Assembly: GCF_002113885.1 (NCBI RefSeq)
Contig: NW_018405386.1
Location: 604,154-668,153 of the forward strand
DNA length: 64,000 nucleotides
DNA from: Mizuhopecten yessoensis
Lineage: Eukaryota
Reading direction: 5' to 3'
The notes beneath the pieces were generated by a model. The model made no database searches and was not told the DNA's origin. It worked only from the letters and a program-made list of their open reading frames with translations. The position numbers and the translations under genes were made by a program. The first letter of the stretch is position 1. Each line of letters starts with the position of its first letter. This document shows positions 24,313 through 38,699 of the stretch, one piece after another.

Positions 24313-27300
24313 TCAGTCGAACACAGCTCCACAGTTTGGACACCGTCTTTGTCTCATAGCTAGGCAACACAGAACTCCGAGGGGGAAGAAGAGAATGGCA
24401 CACAGTACCCCGAGACAAGTGTAATCTTCTTCCAACACTCCAACCTGTCAACACAAAGGAATATCTTTGGTCAAAAATATGGTTTACAGTGTCCAATTTT
24501 TATTATTTATTAATTGGTTCATTTCTGCCAACACCCAAATTATGTACACATATTGATTAATTTAAGTTTATCTGCAATATGAAACATAACATTTAAGTAT
24601 CATATATATTTATAAAACAATCTACTACCACTTTCGGTAAGCTGTGGTATTTGGAACCAAAATGGGGTACCACAATGACCAGTCTACGACTGGTAAAACA
24701 CAGCCTCATATCCGGTGATAAGCCCACCCCCACTTCAGACATTTTTTCATGTACAGTCCCCCTGGGCTTATCACCAGTAAAATAGTTCGGTAAGAAAAGA
24801 AAGTACATTTGGTAATTATGACCAATAGATACACAAAGAATATTGAAGAGATTAAAAGTTTTATTTTGTTAGGCAATAAATGATGAGGACAATAAGTAAC
24901 AAAATTGAATAAGCAACAGTACGTCAAAATCATGGCAATTATTCATATCATGTTATATTTGTGTACATTGGTCAACATTATTGTGTAATTTTCTTATAAA
25001 ATGCCCAGCAATGACACTCGCCTAAACAACAGATACATTTCAGACTATGCCAGTCAAATCTTATCAGTTATAAGTGCCTTGATCCCTAACACCCCATACA
25101 ATTATCTCTGGAAAAGCCCATTTTTTGACGATGTTGTACCTTAAGCTGGAAAATAATCATGATACCTGTGTATACTTTCACTTCTTTTACTACAATCACC
25201 CAGGGGTGTAACAATTTCATATTAAGATTACTAGTCCAGAGGCATTTTTTGAAAAATTCTAACACCACCTATATTTTTACAATAATTTCACAAGCCCAGA
25301 ATTTATACACCCTTGATCTGACACCAGTTACCAAAACTATAACAACATGAAAGATATGAAATTATTATGATACACAATAAAGTCTAATGACTTACCCTAC
25401 AGGCTGGACAGCCTCCCACAATGACCACATTAGGAGCTCTGTCCCCACCTCTACAACTTGACCAATAACTAATCACATACCCTACCGGCTGGACAGCCTC
25501 CCATAATGCCCACCTGTGTCACACGGTCCCCACCTCTACAACTTCACCAATAACTAATCACATAACCTACAGGCTGAACAGCCACCAACAATGCCCACCT
25601 GAGGGGGGCCGTCCCCACCTCTACAACTTCACCAATAACTAATCACATACCCTACCGGCTGGACAGCCTCCCACCATGCCCACCTGTGTCACCCTGTCCC
25701 CACCTCTACAACTTGACCAATAGCTAATCACATACCCTACAGGCTGAACAGCCTCCAACAATGACCACCTGAGGCACACTGTTCCCACCTCTATAACTTG
25801 ACCAATAACTAATCTCATACCCTACAGGCTGGACCGCCTCCCACAATGCCCAACTGTGTCACACTGTCCCCACCCCTACAACTTGATCAATGACGTACCC
25901 TACAGACTGGACAGCCCGCCACAATGCCCACCTGTATTAAACTGTAGTAGCAGTGTATAGCCCACTTTACATGTTCAATACATGTATAAAACTGTGGATT
26001 TTTAGCTCTGCTTATAGAACGGTCCAAGTGTGTTGGTTTATCGTGGACAGCCTCCCACAATTCCCACCTGTGTCACACTGCCCCCCCCTCTACAACTTGA
26101 CCAATAGCTAATCACATACCCTACAGGCTGGACCGCCTCCCACAATGCCCACATTAGGAGCTCTGTCGCCACCTCTACAACTTGATCTATTACTTACCCT
26201 ACAGACTTGACAGCCTCCCACAATGACCACCTGTGTCACACTGCCCCCACCTCTACAACTTCACCAATAACTAATCACATACCCTACAGGCTGGACAACC
26301 TTCCACAATGCCCACCTGTGGCACACTGTCCCCACCTCTATAACTTGACCAATAACTAATCACATACCCTACAGGCTGAACAGCCTCCAACAATGACCAC
26401 CTGAGGCACACTGTCCCCCCCTCTACAACATGACCAATGACTTACCCAACAGGCTGGACAGCCTCCCAAAATGACCACATTAGGAGCTCTGTCCCCACCT
26501 CTGCAACTTGACCAATAACTAATCACATACCCTACAGGCTAGACAGCCTCCCACAATGACCACCTGTGTCACACTGCCCCCACCTCTACAACTTGATCAA
26601 TGATTTACCCTACAGACTGGAAAGCCTCCCACAATGCCCACCTTTGACACACTGTCCCCTCCTCAACAACTTGATCAATGACTTACCCTACAGGCTGGAC
26701 AGCCTCCCACGATGACCACCTGTTGAGCAGGCTGTTGTTGGACAACTACATTGCTAGTATTACTGTAGCTTTGATACCCCTGGTTGTACCCAGCCTGCTG
26801 TGGGTTGTTGTAGGGGGCGCCAGTGTTATTGGTGTATGGGTTGCCAGTGTAGGCTCCTGCAGGAGGTCCTGCAGGGTTGGTATAACCTCCCTGGGGCTGC
26901 TGTGGTCCCCCAGGATACTTCCCTTGTTGGGGGTATTGAGGAGCTGCTCCAGGGGCTGTTCCATAACCTGTTTACGAAAAAACGAAAAAAAAATCATTTG
27001 TTGAATTATCTTTAAGTCAGATAGCTACTGAAATTATGACCTTATGAGTCATCAGATGTATAATTAAACAGTTTAAAAGTAACTGCAAATTTGAGATTTA
27101 ATGATCTAGAGCAGTATAGAACCATATATCAGGTTTTACAGTGGCTTATTACAATGTGTGAATGAAGTACACCATAAGTTATATAAGTGTAGTCATATAC
27201 AGAAAGGAAAGCTATCATCAAGTGAAGAGTACTGGTACATGTAGTCAGTTCCTGATACTGGAGAAGGAATGTGGAGGATGAGGATAACAACCTAACTTCT

Positions 27301-28263
27301 AAACCTGTGCAGGTTCTGGGGAAAACAGGCCTGCTGTATCCCACTGCATGATTGTAAGAGGCGACTTATGTGGGGGCTCCGTCAAAATCAGGGGGTTTCT
27401 TCTGTCTTCCTACGAAGGAGACATGGAAGAGACCAAAATTGTTCTGCTGCCCATCATGCAACATTTGGGATCTTATTTAATTTCTTTCTTTCCTGTTGTC
27501 TTTCTTTTTGTTTCTTGTGCTGTCTCCATAGGCACCCGTCTGCATATGACCCTGGCTGTTGCGAGGACATTTAACCCCAAACAAACAAACCTAACTGCTA
27601 ATTGTATCAATACTTTCTACTGCCGGTGAAAACTTCATCGCAGCCATCTAAAGGGCCGCTTCCCTGCCACTATACACCTAGTGATCAATCTACATACAAC
27701 TCCAGAGTCCTATACTCATAGAATTTTGATGGGACTCAAAGAATTTCTGGAAATACTGACATTTAACATTGTGGGACCCATTGTTTTTGGCAATACAGTT
27801 GTTAGCAATACAGTTAAAGGACAGATGAAAATAAATTGTTGATTGATCACTGTTCAGTGTACACCATGTGAAAAATCTTGCTAAATATGTATACCCTAAA
27901 TCTCATAAACAGAGATGGCGATCCTCAGTGAAGGCCTTATGTGCTTCCAAGCACGAACAGGATTAAGTAAGTAAGTAAATCTCATAAACACAGAGATATA
28001 TTAATAAATTACACCAAAATAAAATACATTTGCCCCTTAACAATAAACTTATTAATATATTGACATATAGGAACTGTGTATGCTATATTAAAGCAGTACT
28101 GACTACATGTACATTACAAGGACATATTTCCTGGTTTAAAATTACACTTGAGTCACCACATTAACAAAATAAACATGTATTGCTTTAATTGTTTGTAATC
28201 GGTTAAATTACCTTGCTGACTCCCTTGAACTTCCTGGTATGGTGGAGGTGCACCTGAGGACAT
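24313..28263 (-). CDS. BRI3: Brain protein I3 (BRI3/DUF2367) homologue, 3 coding exons, ~154 aa
   Basis: Exons 28212-28263 ([17 protein letters not shown]), 26687-26967 (G/Y/P/Q-rich...[11 protein letters not shown]), 24313-24444 ([43 protein letters not shown]). C-terminus matches human BRI3 (VVVGGCPVCRVGVLED...[10 protein letters not shown]) as recalled. Phases consistent; probable upstream non-coding exon(s) at ~28700-28930. Confidence 0.9.
25386..26722 (-). repeat. 78/85-bp tandem array made of the 3' end of BRI3 coding exon 2 plus its donor (~15 extra copies)
   Basis: Minus-strand unit ...ACACAG GTGGGCATTGTGGGAGGCTGTCCAGCCTGTAGG GTATG/GTAAGT...; CCTAC anchors at 25396, 25481, 25566, 25651, 25736, 25821, 25899, 26120, 26198, 26283, 26368, 26446, 26531, 26609 and the true exon end at 26687. 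Confidence 0.95.
27328..27591 (+). mobile_element. SINE 3' fragment
   Basis: GTAAGAGGCGACT core, ATATGACCCTGGCTGTT 3' motif and (CAAA)n tail, related to the elements at 11175 and 58856. Confidence 0.6.
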
Positions 28264-28929
28264 CTTTGATTTAAATTTAAATCTGAAAATGCAAATGTTT
28301 CTTTTATTAAAACAGAGACACTTTAAACAGTTACAGGTAACAATTGATTTCAGTAATTTTGCTCAAACACATGATACATACATTATTCTGTTAAAAATCT
28401 AATCACATGCATGTAACACATCAGGCGACTTAATCTCAAAACATATAAAAGGTGACTGGGCGTCTGTTTAATTATTTTCGTTCCAAGAAATTGTTTTGTG
28501 AAATATTTCTTACAATAACATATAAAAGATATCACTCAATCTACCTTCATATATATCTGCATTATGTTTAAGATGATTAACTGATGTAGAAATTAATAAC
28601 ATAACGTAAATATTGATTGATAAACATATTGATAGTGTTCGAACACTGACTCAGGATCACATGTGTTGTGTTCCACTTTCTGTTGACAGGTCACTTACCA
28701 GACTATACTGTACACTATATTGGGTTATTACAAATAAACAAGAGAGTAATACTTACCAAATTTGAGATCAAACGACACTTCTAGTGTGTATGAATCGCCC
28801 TATATATAGATGTTACATGTCAAAGAAACGTGCTGTTTATTTCAGAGAATACCTACCTGCCACTTTGCACAGCTTTCAGTTTATTTCTGTCACAAGACTC
28901 AGCTCATTCGGATTTCTTGTGGGTTTACC

Positions 28930-29050
28930 TGACCACAGTTATTGAAATTGAAAAGGTCCGATGCTTCCCGAATGTATATTATTTACATTTTGAAACCTCG
29001 ACTTTGATTGGATGATTCGAAACAGCGGCATTTCTGAAGTGGAGAAAGGT
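28930..29050. promoter_or_regulatory. Probable shared BRI3/CDK1 promoter with cell-cycle (CHR/NF-Y) motifs
   Basis: CHR TTTGAA at 28989-28994, reverse CCAAT at 29007-29011, CHR variant TTCGAA at 29016-29021; + strand donor AAG|GTTTGT at ~29049 and - strand donors at ~28693-28927 point away from this interval. Confidence 0.55.
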
Positions 29051-29610
29051 TTGTAACTCACATGTGAATTAGTTTTCTCGTCTAATTAATTGTTAATGAC
29101 CAGCTAAAAGTTAGTTGTTCATATTGAAATTACGCAAATGTATCCCGTTATCAATATGTTATCATTTCTGTTATTTGAATTGATGAAGAAGCAAGAAACG
29201 ATCAAAACATTAGAAATCCTGAGTTCACACGGCATGCGAGTAAATGGCGATTTTATTTTTGAAATATTAGAAAATTTAGATTTAAAATATAAGCAGTTGT
29301 GCGTCGCATATGCGCGTCTAATCTTCGTACATGTTCATATCATGCTGAATATGTCTACTATAGAAGCTGTGTTGCCATCCAATGAACTCGAATCAAAGTT
29401 CGTTATTTCAACATGTTCAAACTTGAGCGGACTTCCGCTCTGAAGACACCATCAATAACAAATACATAGTCACAGTCGCATGTTTATCAGTGTATGTGGA
29501 TATTTACATTAATCATATAGGTAATGGGACTCTTGTTATTTCAGAAACAGTTTTTGAAGAGAACTGAAAAGGAATAACCTCTTTTTCACACCAAACCGAG
29601 AAAAGAAACA

Positions 29611-32600
29611 ATGGAGGATTACATCAAAATTGAGAAAATTGGTGAAGGTGCGGTATTGCTAAGAACTATTAAACAAAATAATCAGTAATAAGGGGAAAAT
29701 ATAAACGTCATATTTAAAACTGAGATCAGTTATCAACAGTTCATAAAATTAATAATTTAAGATTAATAATTTACGTAGTCCTGTATTCGGTGTCGGGTCG
29801 TTTCGGGACATGTCAAAAGTCGTTTCGTTTTTTTTTTGTTTTTTTTTAAATTTGAACAATCGATTGGATAAAAGTTATTGCAACTTATCATAACCTTCTC
29901 CCGTCATACATTTATACATTTACCATGATTTTAATAAAACATGAATAGATAATGCACAACATTGGATTTGATAAATTGATTCACATGTCTAAAATATAGT
30001 CTATGTGTCTCACGTTTTTACTTTCGTGAAATTTGATTTCAATATAGCAAAAACAAAATGTTTAAAACATTGTTAGAATCGTCTTAATGTCAATAATGGA
30101 GAATATAGGCTACATTCACTATCCGGTTGAAACGGTTGAACCTGTAAAGAAAACGACAGGTACAGGTTTGGACCAAGGCTGACCTCACGAAAATTTGGTA
30201 CGTGTAGATTGAGGGGTCCAGACGTACATGACTGAAACTAAAATGCTGACTATTGCCAAATTGCGTTATTTCTTTCTAAAACAATGTCAAGCCACATGTA
30301 GTTTTTAAGATACATTATGTAATTCAGTGGACGCATGAAAGAAGGGCATAATATTCTTGATACATTGTTTTTTTATTCTCCGAAAGTGTGGATTTTTAGC
30401 TCTGCTTATGGAACGGTCCAAGTGTGTTGGTTTATCGTGGAAATTTTTTGTGCCACACGTAACATTTCAACCTGGATACGCGAATGTAGCCATAGTGAAT
30501 TGAAAACATATTACATGTATTACAATATCAACCTATTAATAACGAAAGAAATTGAATTTTGAATTTTATAAGTTCCTCTAGATCTGTATTTAAAAATGAG
30601 ATTAGTTTCACCAGGTAACAATTAACACACTGTTAATCAGGTAAATGTTGGTAGGTATCCCCTCAAGCTCTAGCAGTCACGTAACACTAATCAACCCAGG
30701 CACGGGTAGGTTGTGACGCAGGTCATAGACTGAATCCATATTTGTGTACAGGACTTTTTATGAAATGGGAGGGAAATGTAATTTAAAAGTTATGAAAATT
30801 TTATATGTCCCGAAACCACTTGTTACCGAAACAACCTGTTACTGAAACGACTAGCATTCCTGTATTTGAAAGACAGTCATCTAGCTGTCATTAACTACCA
30901 TGGTGTCTTGTTTATATTTAAAGAAGTGTTCAGAGTATGGTTGCATTTGTACAGTCTATCCCACATTATGAAGTTGATCGGATTTTAGGATACTGACGTA
31001 TATGTCTATCTATCTATCTATATGTTACACTCCACAGAGACCCAAAATGGTTTTAATGTATGTAGACATATTCCACCACAGCCAGGTTCATTATAATTTT
31101 GTCATTTGCAATTAACCAAAATATTGCAAATGTATAAGCTGACAGTGTACAGTACATGAAAAGATAAAACCATGCAGCAAATCAAAACATGGTGTTAAAG
31201 GAATTATTATATTAATACCATTTTAAAAATATGTTCCTGGGTGGATTTAAGCAAACACATTTTATTATAGAGCTGTCGCGATATTCCTCGCACTTAAGCA
31301 CTTAAATTTTCAAATTTTGTGTTTGAGCGTTTTCATTTATTGTTTGGCTTGCCAAATCTATAAAAAAAAGAGTTTGCTTTTTAACAAATAACCTGAACAT
31401 GAGATACTTATAACACACTGGTAGAAAAAGAAATGATACAATGAAATCATCGTTTATGTTAACAGGAACTTATGGAGTTGTATATAAAGGCCGACACAAA
31501 AAGTCAAACAGAACTGTTGCATTGAAGAAAATCCGTCTGGAGAGCGAAGAGGAAGGCGTGCCATCCACCGCAATCCGAGAAATATCGTTGTTAAAAGAAT
31601 TGCAGCATCCCAATATTGTAGGGTATGTTTTTGTGTGGTGCTTGATGCAAGATACCATCAACCTGTATATGACAGGAGAAAATTATTATTCATTTATCAT
31701 TGTCATTTGACCATTGACATCCTGAGTCATATGACAGCACTGATAAAATGACGTCACAAATTAAATATTACTCAATTATTTGATTACTTTTATTCCTTAT
31801 ATACTTCTTTTTTATCTGCTTCAAAACGTTCTGTTACAGATTTTAAAATGATAAAAAAAATGAATGACCGACATCAGCTTGTGAATTACCTCATTGTATT
31901 CAAAATTCAATGACTGTTGCTTGAACAATCCTCTTATCTCTTGTATATGGATGAAACATCTGTTCATTCTTGGCTCTCTCAGTTAAAGACATTGGTTCTC
32001 AATGCAGCCAATGAAAACAAAATGCAGATGTTTAGAATTTAATCATTAAAAGCAATAAACAAGTCATGCCAGATATCACCTCTGTATGTTTCGGCTTATA
32101 TGGGATTCCTAAAGAATCAGGGCCTTTCTTCTCTATCTTCTGTTCACAGAACATTGCAAAAAACTAAAAATGATCTGTTGTACTTATTTCAACAATTTGT
32201 GAACCTTTCATTTCAATGCATCTTGTAACAGCTGTTATGTGTTGTGAAACATCAACCCTCTCCTAAAGAGTACCACTGGTTTTAATTGATATTTTTTGTA
32301 ATAATGAATGTTTCGAAAAAGAGATTCAGAAATATTTGCCAAATCTTTATGAAACCTTGAAAAAAACCTCAGAAAAGTTTAATCAGTTGAATACCATTGG
32401 TCAATTGTAATTGTAAAACCAAGTACATGGAACAAAACATGGAGAAAGGAGGGTAAAAACACACATCTTTTATATTTGATTCATTATTTCAAATTGATAA
32501 ATGGTTTCAGACTTGAAGATGTTCTCATGCAAGAAAACAAACTGTTTCTGGTGTTTGAGTTTTTGTCGATGGATCTGAAACGTTACATGGACTCAATACC

Positions 32601-35032
32601 GTCCGGTCAGTTCATGGACAAAATGCTAGTCAAGGTAAGTGTCCCAAGGACAATATTTTTGGCAGAGCTTCTGTAACATCCCAACCTGGACTGAATCAAT
32701 GGCAACAAAGAGTTGTAAACAACTTCCATTTTACACCCCGTTTCATGTGAATGGCATTACCTAGTACCTTTGGATAAAAATGATGTGATGTCATAAAATT
32801 TGAAAATTCAAAAGCCATATTTGGGAAACTGCAGATACTGGGGTATGTTAAATTTGAAAAAAAAGATGATGTTTTAACTGTGTAAGACAGTAGGATCAGA
32901 TTTATTGATTTGTGTGCAAAAGTTTGCAAAATTGGGTTTGGTTAATCTTGTAAGACCACTTTGTTTATTGTGAAGTGGGGTAGTTATGCATTAATAGTAA
33001 TTACCCTTAGCTCAGCTTTAGGTATTACTTGTCTAAATTTCATATCTGGCTCAAGTTAAATTTCCTTATCTTCAACCCACATACGAAGGAGCTTATTATT
33101 CGACCAGCAGCTGAGTAGTTAATACCTGATTTCCTGTTCGTGTTCACAGAGTTACCTGTACCAGATCATGCAGGGTATCCTGTTCTGTCACCAGCGACGA
33201 GTGTTGCACCGTGACCTCAAACCTCAGAACCTTCTCATTGACAATAAGGGGATCATCAAACTGGCTGACTTTGGTCTGGCCAGGGCATTTGGTATCCCTG
33301 TTAGGGTCTACACACACGAGGTAGGTTATAAAAGAATTCACTTTCACATCATAGACATCTCTTTTTTGCTGCAGTCATGATGTAGATAATTTTTGAAAGA
33401 CAGATCTTATTCAAATCAAATCATTCAACCTGTTATTTGTTGATACACTTATATTGTGTCTAATAAGACTGCCTCAGACATCATGTTTTGGGGGCCTTTC
33501 TCTCAATACCTGGATTTTTATGCATGTTCAATTTAAAACAATTCAAATATGGAAAGCAGAATTTCAGGAAAAGAAACCATTCCACAAAGTGTCTGACAGA
33601 TTTAAATTTTACACTCAGAAAATAATGGCTCGCTTTTTTATATAAACTTTACTGATACTAAGTCATGTTGTTTTAAATGCCCATTGTTTACATGGCGAAT
33701 GTTATCCTTGTCTAGGTTGTGACGCTGTGGTATCGTGCCCCAGAGATTCTGCTTGGATGTCAGAGATATTCAACACCTGTTGACATCTGGAGTATAGGTT
33801 GTATATTCGCCGAAATGATCACAAAGCGGCCACTGTTCCATGGAGATTCTGAAATTGATCAACTATTCCGAATATTCAGGTGACCATTTTTGTGCTAACA
33901 TATAAACAGTATTTACTAAAAAATAAAATAAAAAAATATGGAAATCAAGTTTAGACAAAAAATACCTTTACCTACACTTCCTACCAAATCTTTTACATCC
34001 TTGATACTCTAGTGGTTATGCTCTCTGCACCTGTAAAATGTGTCATAGCAAAAAAAAAAGACCTGACCAATTGCTAAGCTGATACAGCTTCATCCTATGA
34101 AGATTACAGAGGAACAACACCTGACTTCAAAATCAGTCAATTTTACTGTTATGCTTGGGTGCGATTCTTTTGATTTACATCAAACTAGTCAATGTCAAAT
34201 TACAATAGGGATTTTCATATTTGGGAATGTATTTTAGTACTATAATGGAAAATTCTACTAGTACTTCTTGGATTTTGCAAGTGCCTGAATGTTTACATTT
34301 GTGATTATCAGGACGCTGACCACACCCACTGAGGAAGACTGGCCTGGAGTGACAAACATGCCAGACTACAAACCAACCTTCCCTAACTGGAGGACAAACC
34401 AGCTGGCCTCTGCGGTCAAACAGCTGGACAACACTGGTCTCGACATCTTACAGGTAAATATTACGACAAAGCTTTAGCACAAGGTACATTTCAGTAAAGC
34501 AATTCTCAAAAGATGTTTTTTTAACTTTGACCTATTCAGCCTTAATTTCATTGGCATGTGAAATATTTCATAACTGTTCTATCATCTGTTGGTAGAACAT
34601 TTTTTAATTGAATTGATTTAAAAACATATATCCCATCCCAGGACTGCAGGGTGTGTTTAGATGTAACACCTTTTGAATTTGAATAATAAAATCAACCGTG
34701 GATAAGAGTCCTGGGCCCGTATTCCTGAATTCGTTCTCGTGCTCAAGCATGGATACTGTGCTCAAACCAACCTTCTTGTAACTCACTTAAATCATGGGCC
34801 GAGGTCTGGAAGATCTTTTATAGGAATAGCCTTTAGCGTTATGACTTGGTAAACTTGTATATTGGAAAAAAATAAATATTTTAAGTTGTTGCAATTTTCA
34901 TTTTTTTTCCAGCAAATGTTGATTTACGACCCTGCATATAGAATCTCTGCCAAGAGGGCGCTGAACCATACCTACTTTGCCAACTTGGACAAGTCCGGGC
35001 TTCCAGCAAACCTCACGGCGCCAACATTTTGA
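29611..35032 (+). CDS. CDK1: Cyclin-dependent kinase 1 (cdc2), 7 coding exons, 304 aa
   Basis: Exons 29611-29647 ([12 protein letters not shown]), 31466-31622 (GTYGVVYK...[19 protein letters not shown]), 32511-32634, 33150-33320 ([25 protein letters not shown]), 33716-33879 ([19 protein letters not shown]), 34312-34453, 34913-35032. Sum 915 nt, frame intact. Confidence 0.97.
29789..30860. mobile_element. Non-autonomous DNA element in the first coding intron of CDK1
   Basis: Inverted subterminal motifs GTTTCGGGACAT (~29800) and ATGTCCCGAAAC (~30806), repeated CCGAAAC units, GG...CC ends flanked by TGTATT direct repeats. Confidence 0.6.
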
Positions 35033-38000
35033 TCTCTAGTCACAAAAGATAACAAATATGGAACTTGGACCTCATGAATACACACATGTAGTTGTCCGCC
35101 AGATGAACAAAAAACAGGCACAGGGTTCCTATTCATGTGCTTATGATTGCAGGAAGAAGTTTTATGCAAATATTGACTTTCCTGCGATATGGGAAAAAAA
35201 TAATCAACAGGAAGAATGTTTGATAGTAAGTCAAAACTGTTCAGAAGCAAGATGGTTCAACTTCAGGATGTGCTTTTGTGCATGTTGAGTGCCTATTGAC
35301 ATTTATGTACTTATGGAATGTTTTATGCATGACAGTGCTGTATGGAACAGTGAAGTGATAAAGTCATTTATAGCATTTCCATTGGAGACCATGGATAATA
35401 TGTATATAGTGTGAAGAAAGGTGACCTCATGGATTTTATCATATCTTGGATCATTCCTCAGTTGTAGGAGGTGTTGTGTAAAATCGGCAAATTAGGCCAA
35501 AATCTAAAAGTTGTGTGTTACATGTTTGTCAGTCTGAAACAACATACACACTTCCGTAAGGTTTTATAAAGCCAGTTATTAATAGGCAATATAAAAAGCA
35601 AGATCCTTGATTTTTCTTTGTTTTTTTTAATTGTGTGTAAACTCTACTGTAAAACATATTACACGTACCTGCAGATATTGATTATTAAAAGGCAAAATTT
35701 GTCACCATTTGTCCGATTTGGCCTTTTTGAGTGATGGGGAATACTATTGTTTAGTCTGGTAAATGACTGCACCAAAACTGAAACTTTTCTATCTTTGATA
35801 AATATTCTGTGATTTTAGTAAGTTAGTGCTTTCATCATGTTCAGAGGCAACATTAAGACCATTTTGAGGATTAATATACTTATTGTATTAATACCACCAA
35901 TTGAAAATTTCAAGCAGAAGGCAAAGTGTTCAAAAATTGTTCCATGCTACCTTTTTTTTTCCCTCTTTATATTTTTGCATTTTACTATAAACTGGTTTTC
36001 CCACCATCCATCTAGTTCTAGACAAAATTTTCCTACAAGTAATCCTGCCAACTTTTACTGTCAGAATGAAGGTGCCTTGATTATCAAAGTGTTTAAACAG
36101 TTTTAATCAAATATTTAATAATCCATGCACCCTTTTCATTTGTTCTTCTATCAAGATAATGGGACTATGGTATTGAAATGCCTTGTAACACATGTTTTGT
36201 TCTGAAACCCAGTAGTAATCTATAATATCAAGTTCCCCACAGAATAACAATCATATCAGCCTGCACATGGAGGATGTTTTAGGATTTTTTTACAGACTAT
36301 GACTCCCATACCCCATCTACATTTTCCCTTGATCTCTCTATATAAGTCTCATTGATGTTAAGGAATTGTATATAGATTATAGAAAGGAAACACCTACTTG
36401 TGCATTATAATTGGTGAAAAAAATCTCTTTGCTTCTTTTGTACTTTTTTAGTCTATGTAAAAGTCATTTTCATACTGAAGTTTGCCATTCTACATATTAA
36501 ACCAAAAATTGAGAATTTTATTTTACCATACAAATTTAAAAAAATAATTCTGTGTTTTACCTATTTCATTTTTTAGCAAAAAAAATAATTCAGTGCTAAA
36601 GATCCATATCCTTCAACACTTTCTGTCTTTTTCTGTCTTTCTCTGTCTTTTTCTCCTCCCTATCTCTTCTATTGCTCCTTCTTTTTTTCTTCTTCTTGTC
36701 TATCCTAAGATCTAAACTTCAATATTTACGTGTTCTCACAAATTTCTTAGTGTGCAAGTTCATGAACCTGAGTGGAGTTTTTGTATGCATGTTCAAAGTG
36801 AGTTGTACCTTATATTATTGTGTTGTTAATTGTACCAACATAAATCTGATGTTTTTATGCTAAAAATATTTAAAGGGACATTCAAGCCTAAGTGTAAAAA
36901 TATGCCTCTGTTCTAGAAGTTTATTAAATCTTGAACCTTTCAGATGCATTGTTGTCGCTGTGATTAATTAGCATACTGTTTGCTGTTAGATACATAAAAA
37001 AAAACACTTGTCAATTACACTGTGATCAAAGGCTTACTGTAATTGTTCAGTGTTTAATTTCCGGTTGTAATGGAATTCTCCTTTCTTTTGAAAATCAAGC
37101 CATAAAACGTCTGTTCGTGTGAATGTCCCATTAAATATTGGTATGACCGAATGTTGAGAATTTCCAGCACAGGACGAGATTACAGATCCTTCCACCAATG
37201 TGTTCAAGGTGTGAATATTAGTTTTATTAATGTTTAGTTCAGACTTTTAATACTTTGCATGTGGTAAAATTTGTAAAAAAAAAAGATCACTAACCATTAT
37301 CATACTTCTTGGAAAATCAAGAAATAAAGTGTGCATTCCATTCAATGTGTATTGAGAGTGTGACTGAATACTAACTCATGGGTAGCTATCAACTGGGTTG
37401 CTAATTAACTCATGGGTATCGAGGCTCGTCAAGCGTTGTGAAATCTATGTGTAAAATGCATTGCTGGCATTTAACAAGAGTTTCATATTATATATAATCA
37501 TTGGTGAATTAATTATGGACGGTATGTGGGGCATCATTATAATGTCTTGTATGTTGATTGTGTTTGAATGGCACAGTGTGTTTGTGTATGGAAAAGAATG
37601 TATCATGCAATATTTCAATTTGTGATCACTTAATTGTGTATTTATACTGGTAATTAGATCACTTGTGATGAAAAATAAATAAATTAAAAAAAACACCTTT
37701 TTTCTTTTATTGTTCAATGTGATAGTTTTATAGATGAGTTGAATCCAAGAAAGAATGAACAGAGAAGACATCTTACCAAACCCTAGTCCCACCACCAAAA
37801 ATCAGGCAGAACTACTATATACTGTCTGCAAATTTCTCATTTACATATGAAGCCTGGATCGCAATTCTTTATGATGTCAAATCGATTATCAATGAAGTCA
37901 CCAACAATAGAGATGACCCCAATGACTTTGAATGTTCCCCGACGTCACCAACCGACAGCAGGCCAAGATTTTGAAGAAAATGCACAAAACAGAATGGGGG

Positions 38001-38699
38001 TAATTTGAAATTTGTGTTGGTATAGCATGATTTTACTGTGGCAAACATCCATTTTACTGGTTTCTCTCTCAATTTTTGACAAAATAATCACAATATACCT
38101 GGGCTCACCCTGGACCTTAAACATCAGTATCCAAGTGTCAATTTCAGTGGCCAATATATTTTTAAACGGTGGCCATACTTTCTTGACATGATGTGAAAAG
38201 TGAAAATTGAAATTTTGCTATATATTATGTTTGTTATTTAATCTATAACGGGATATATTTCTTTAATATATGTACAGCAGAAAAATCTCAAAATATAGGA
38301 GGATTATCCATTAATTATGAAGGTCACCAACCATCTAAGCCAGTGAAGAAGTCTGGAATCATGATGTCAGGACTAGATTTCTAATCGGGTCATGTGATGC
38401 AGGAATTGATACTCTTCTGTATCACCTCCTTTTGGCTCCTACTTTATGTAGGTTTTCTGCATGAGTTATCTTGACTGCTAGTTGTATTAAATGCAAGTTA
38501 ATCAATTCCTGCACAACCAGATTCCGTGTCATGGTGAGACACACCCACAGAAGACATGTCTTGAACAATGATGTGTCCAGGATCGTGCACAAATAAAATT
38601 AACCCTAATTCCAATTTCATGCAAGAAGAACTAAATTTGAAAATAACATGAGCCTGTTACTCACCTGCTTTTAATCTCCCTGTAACCAAAGTCTGGCAT

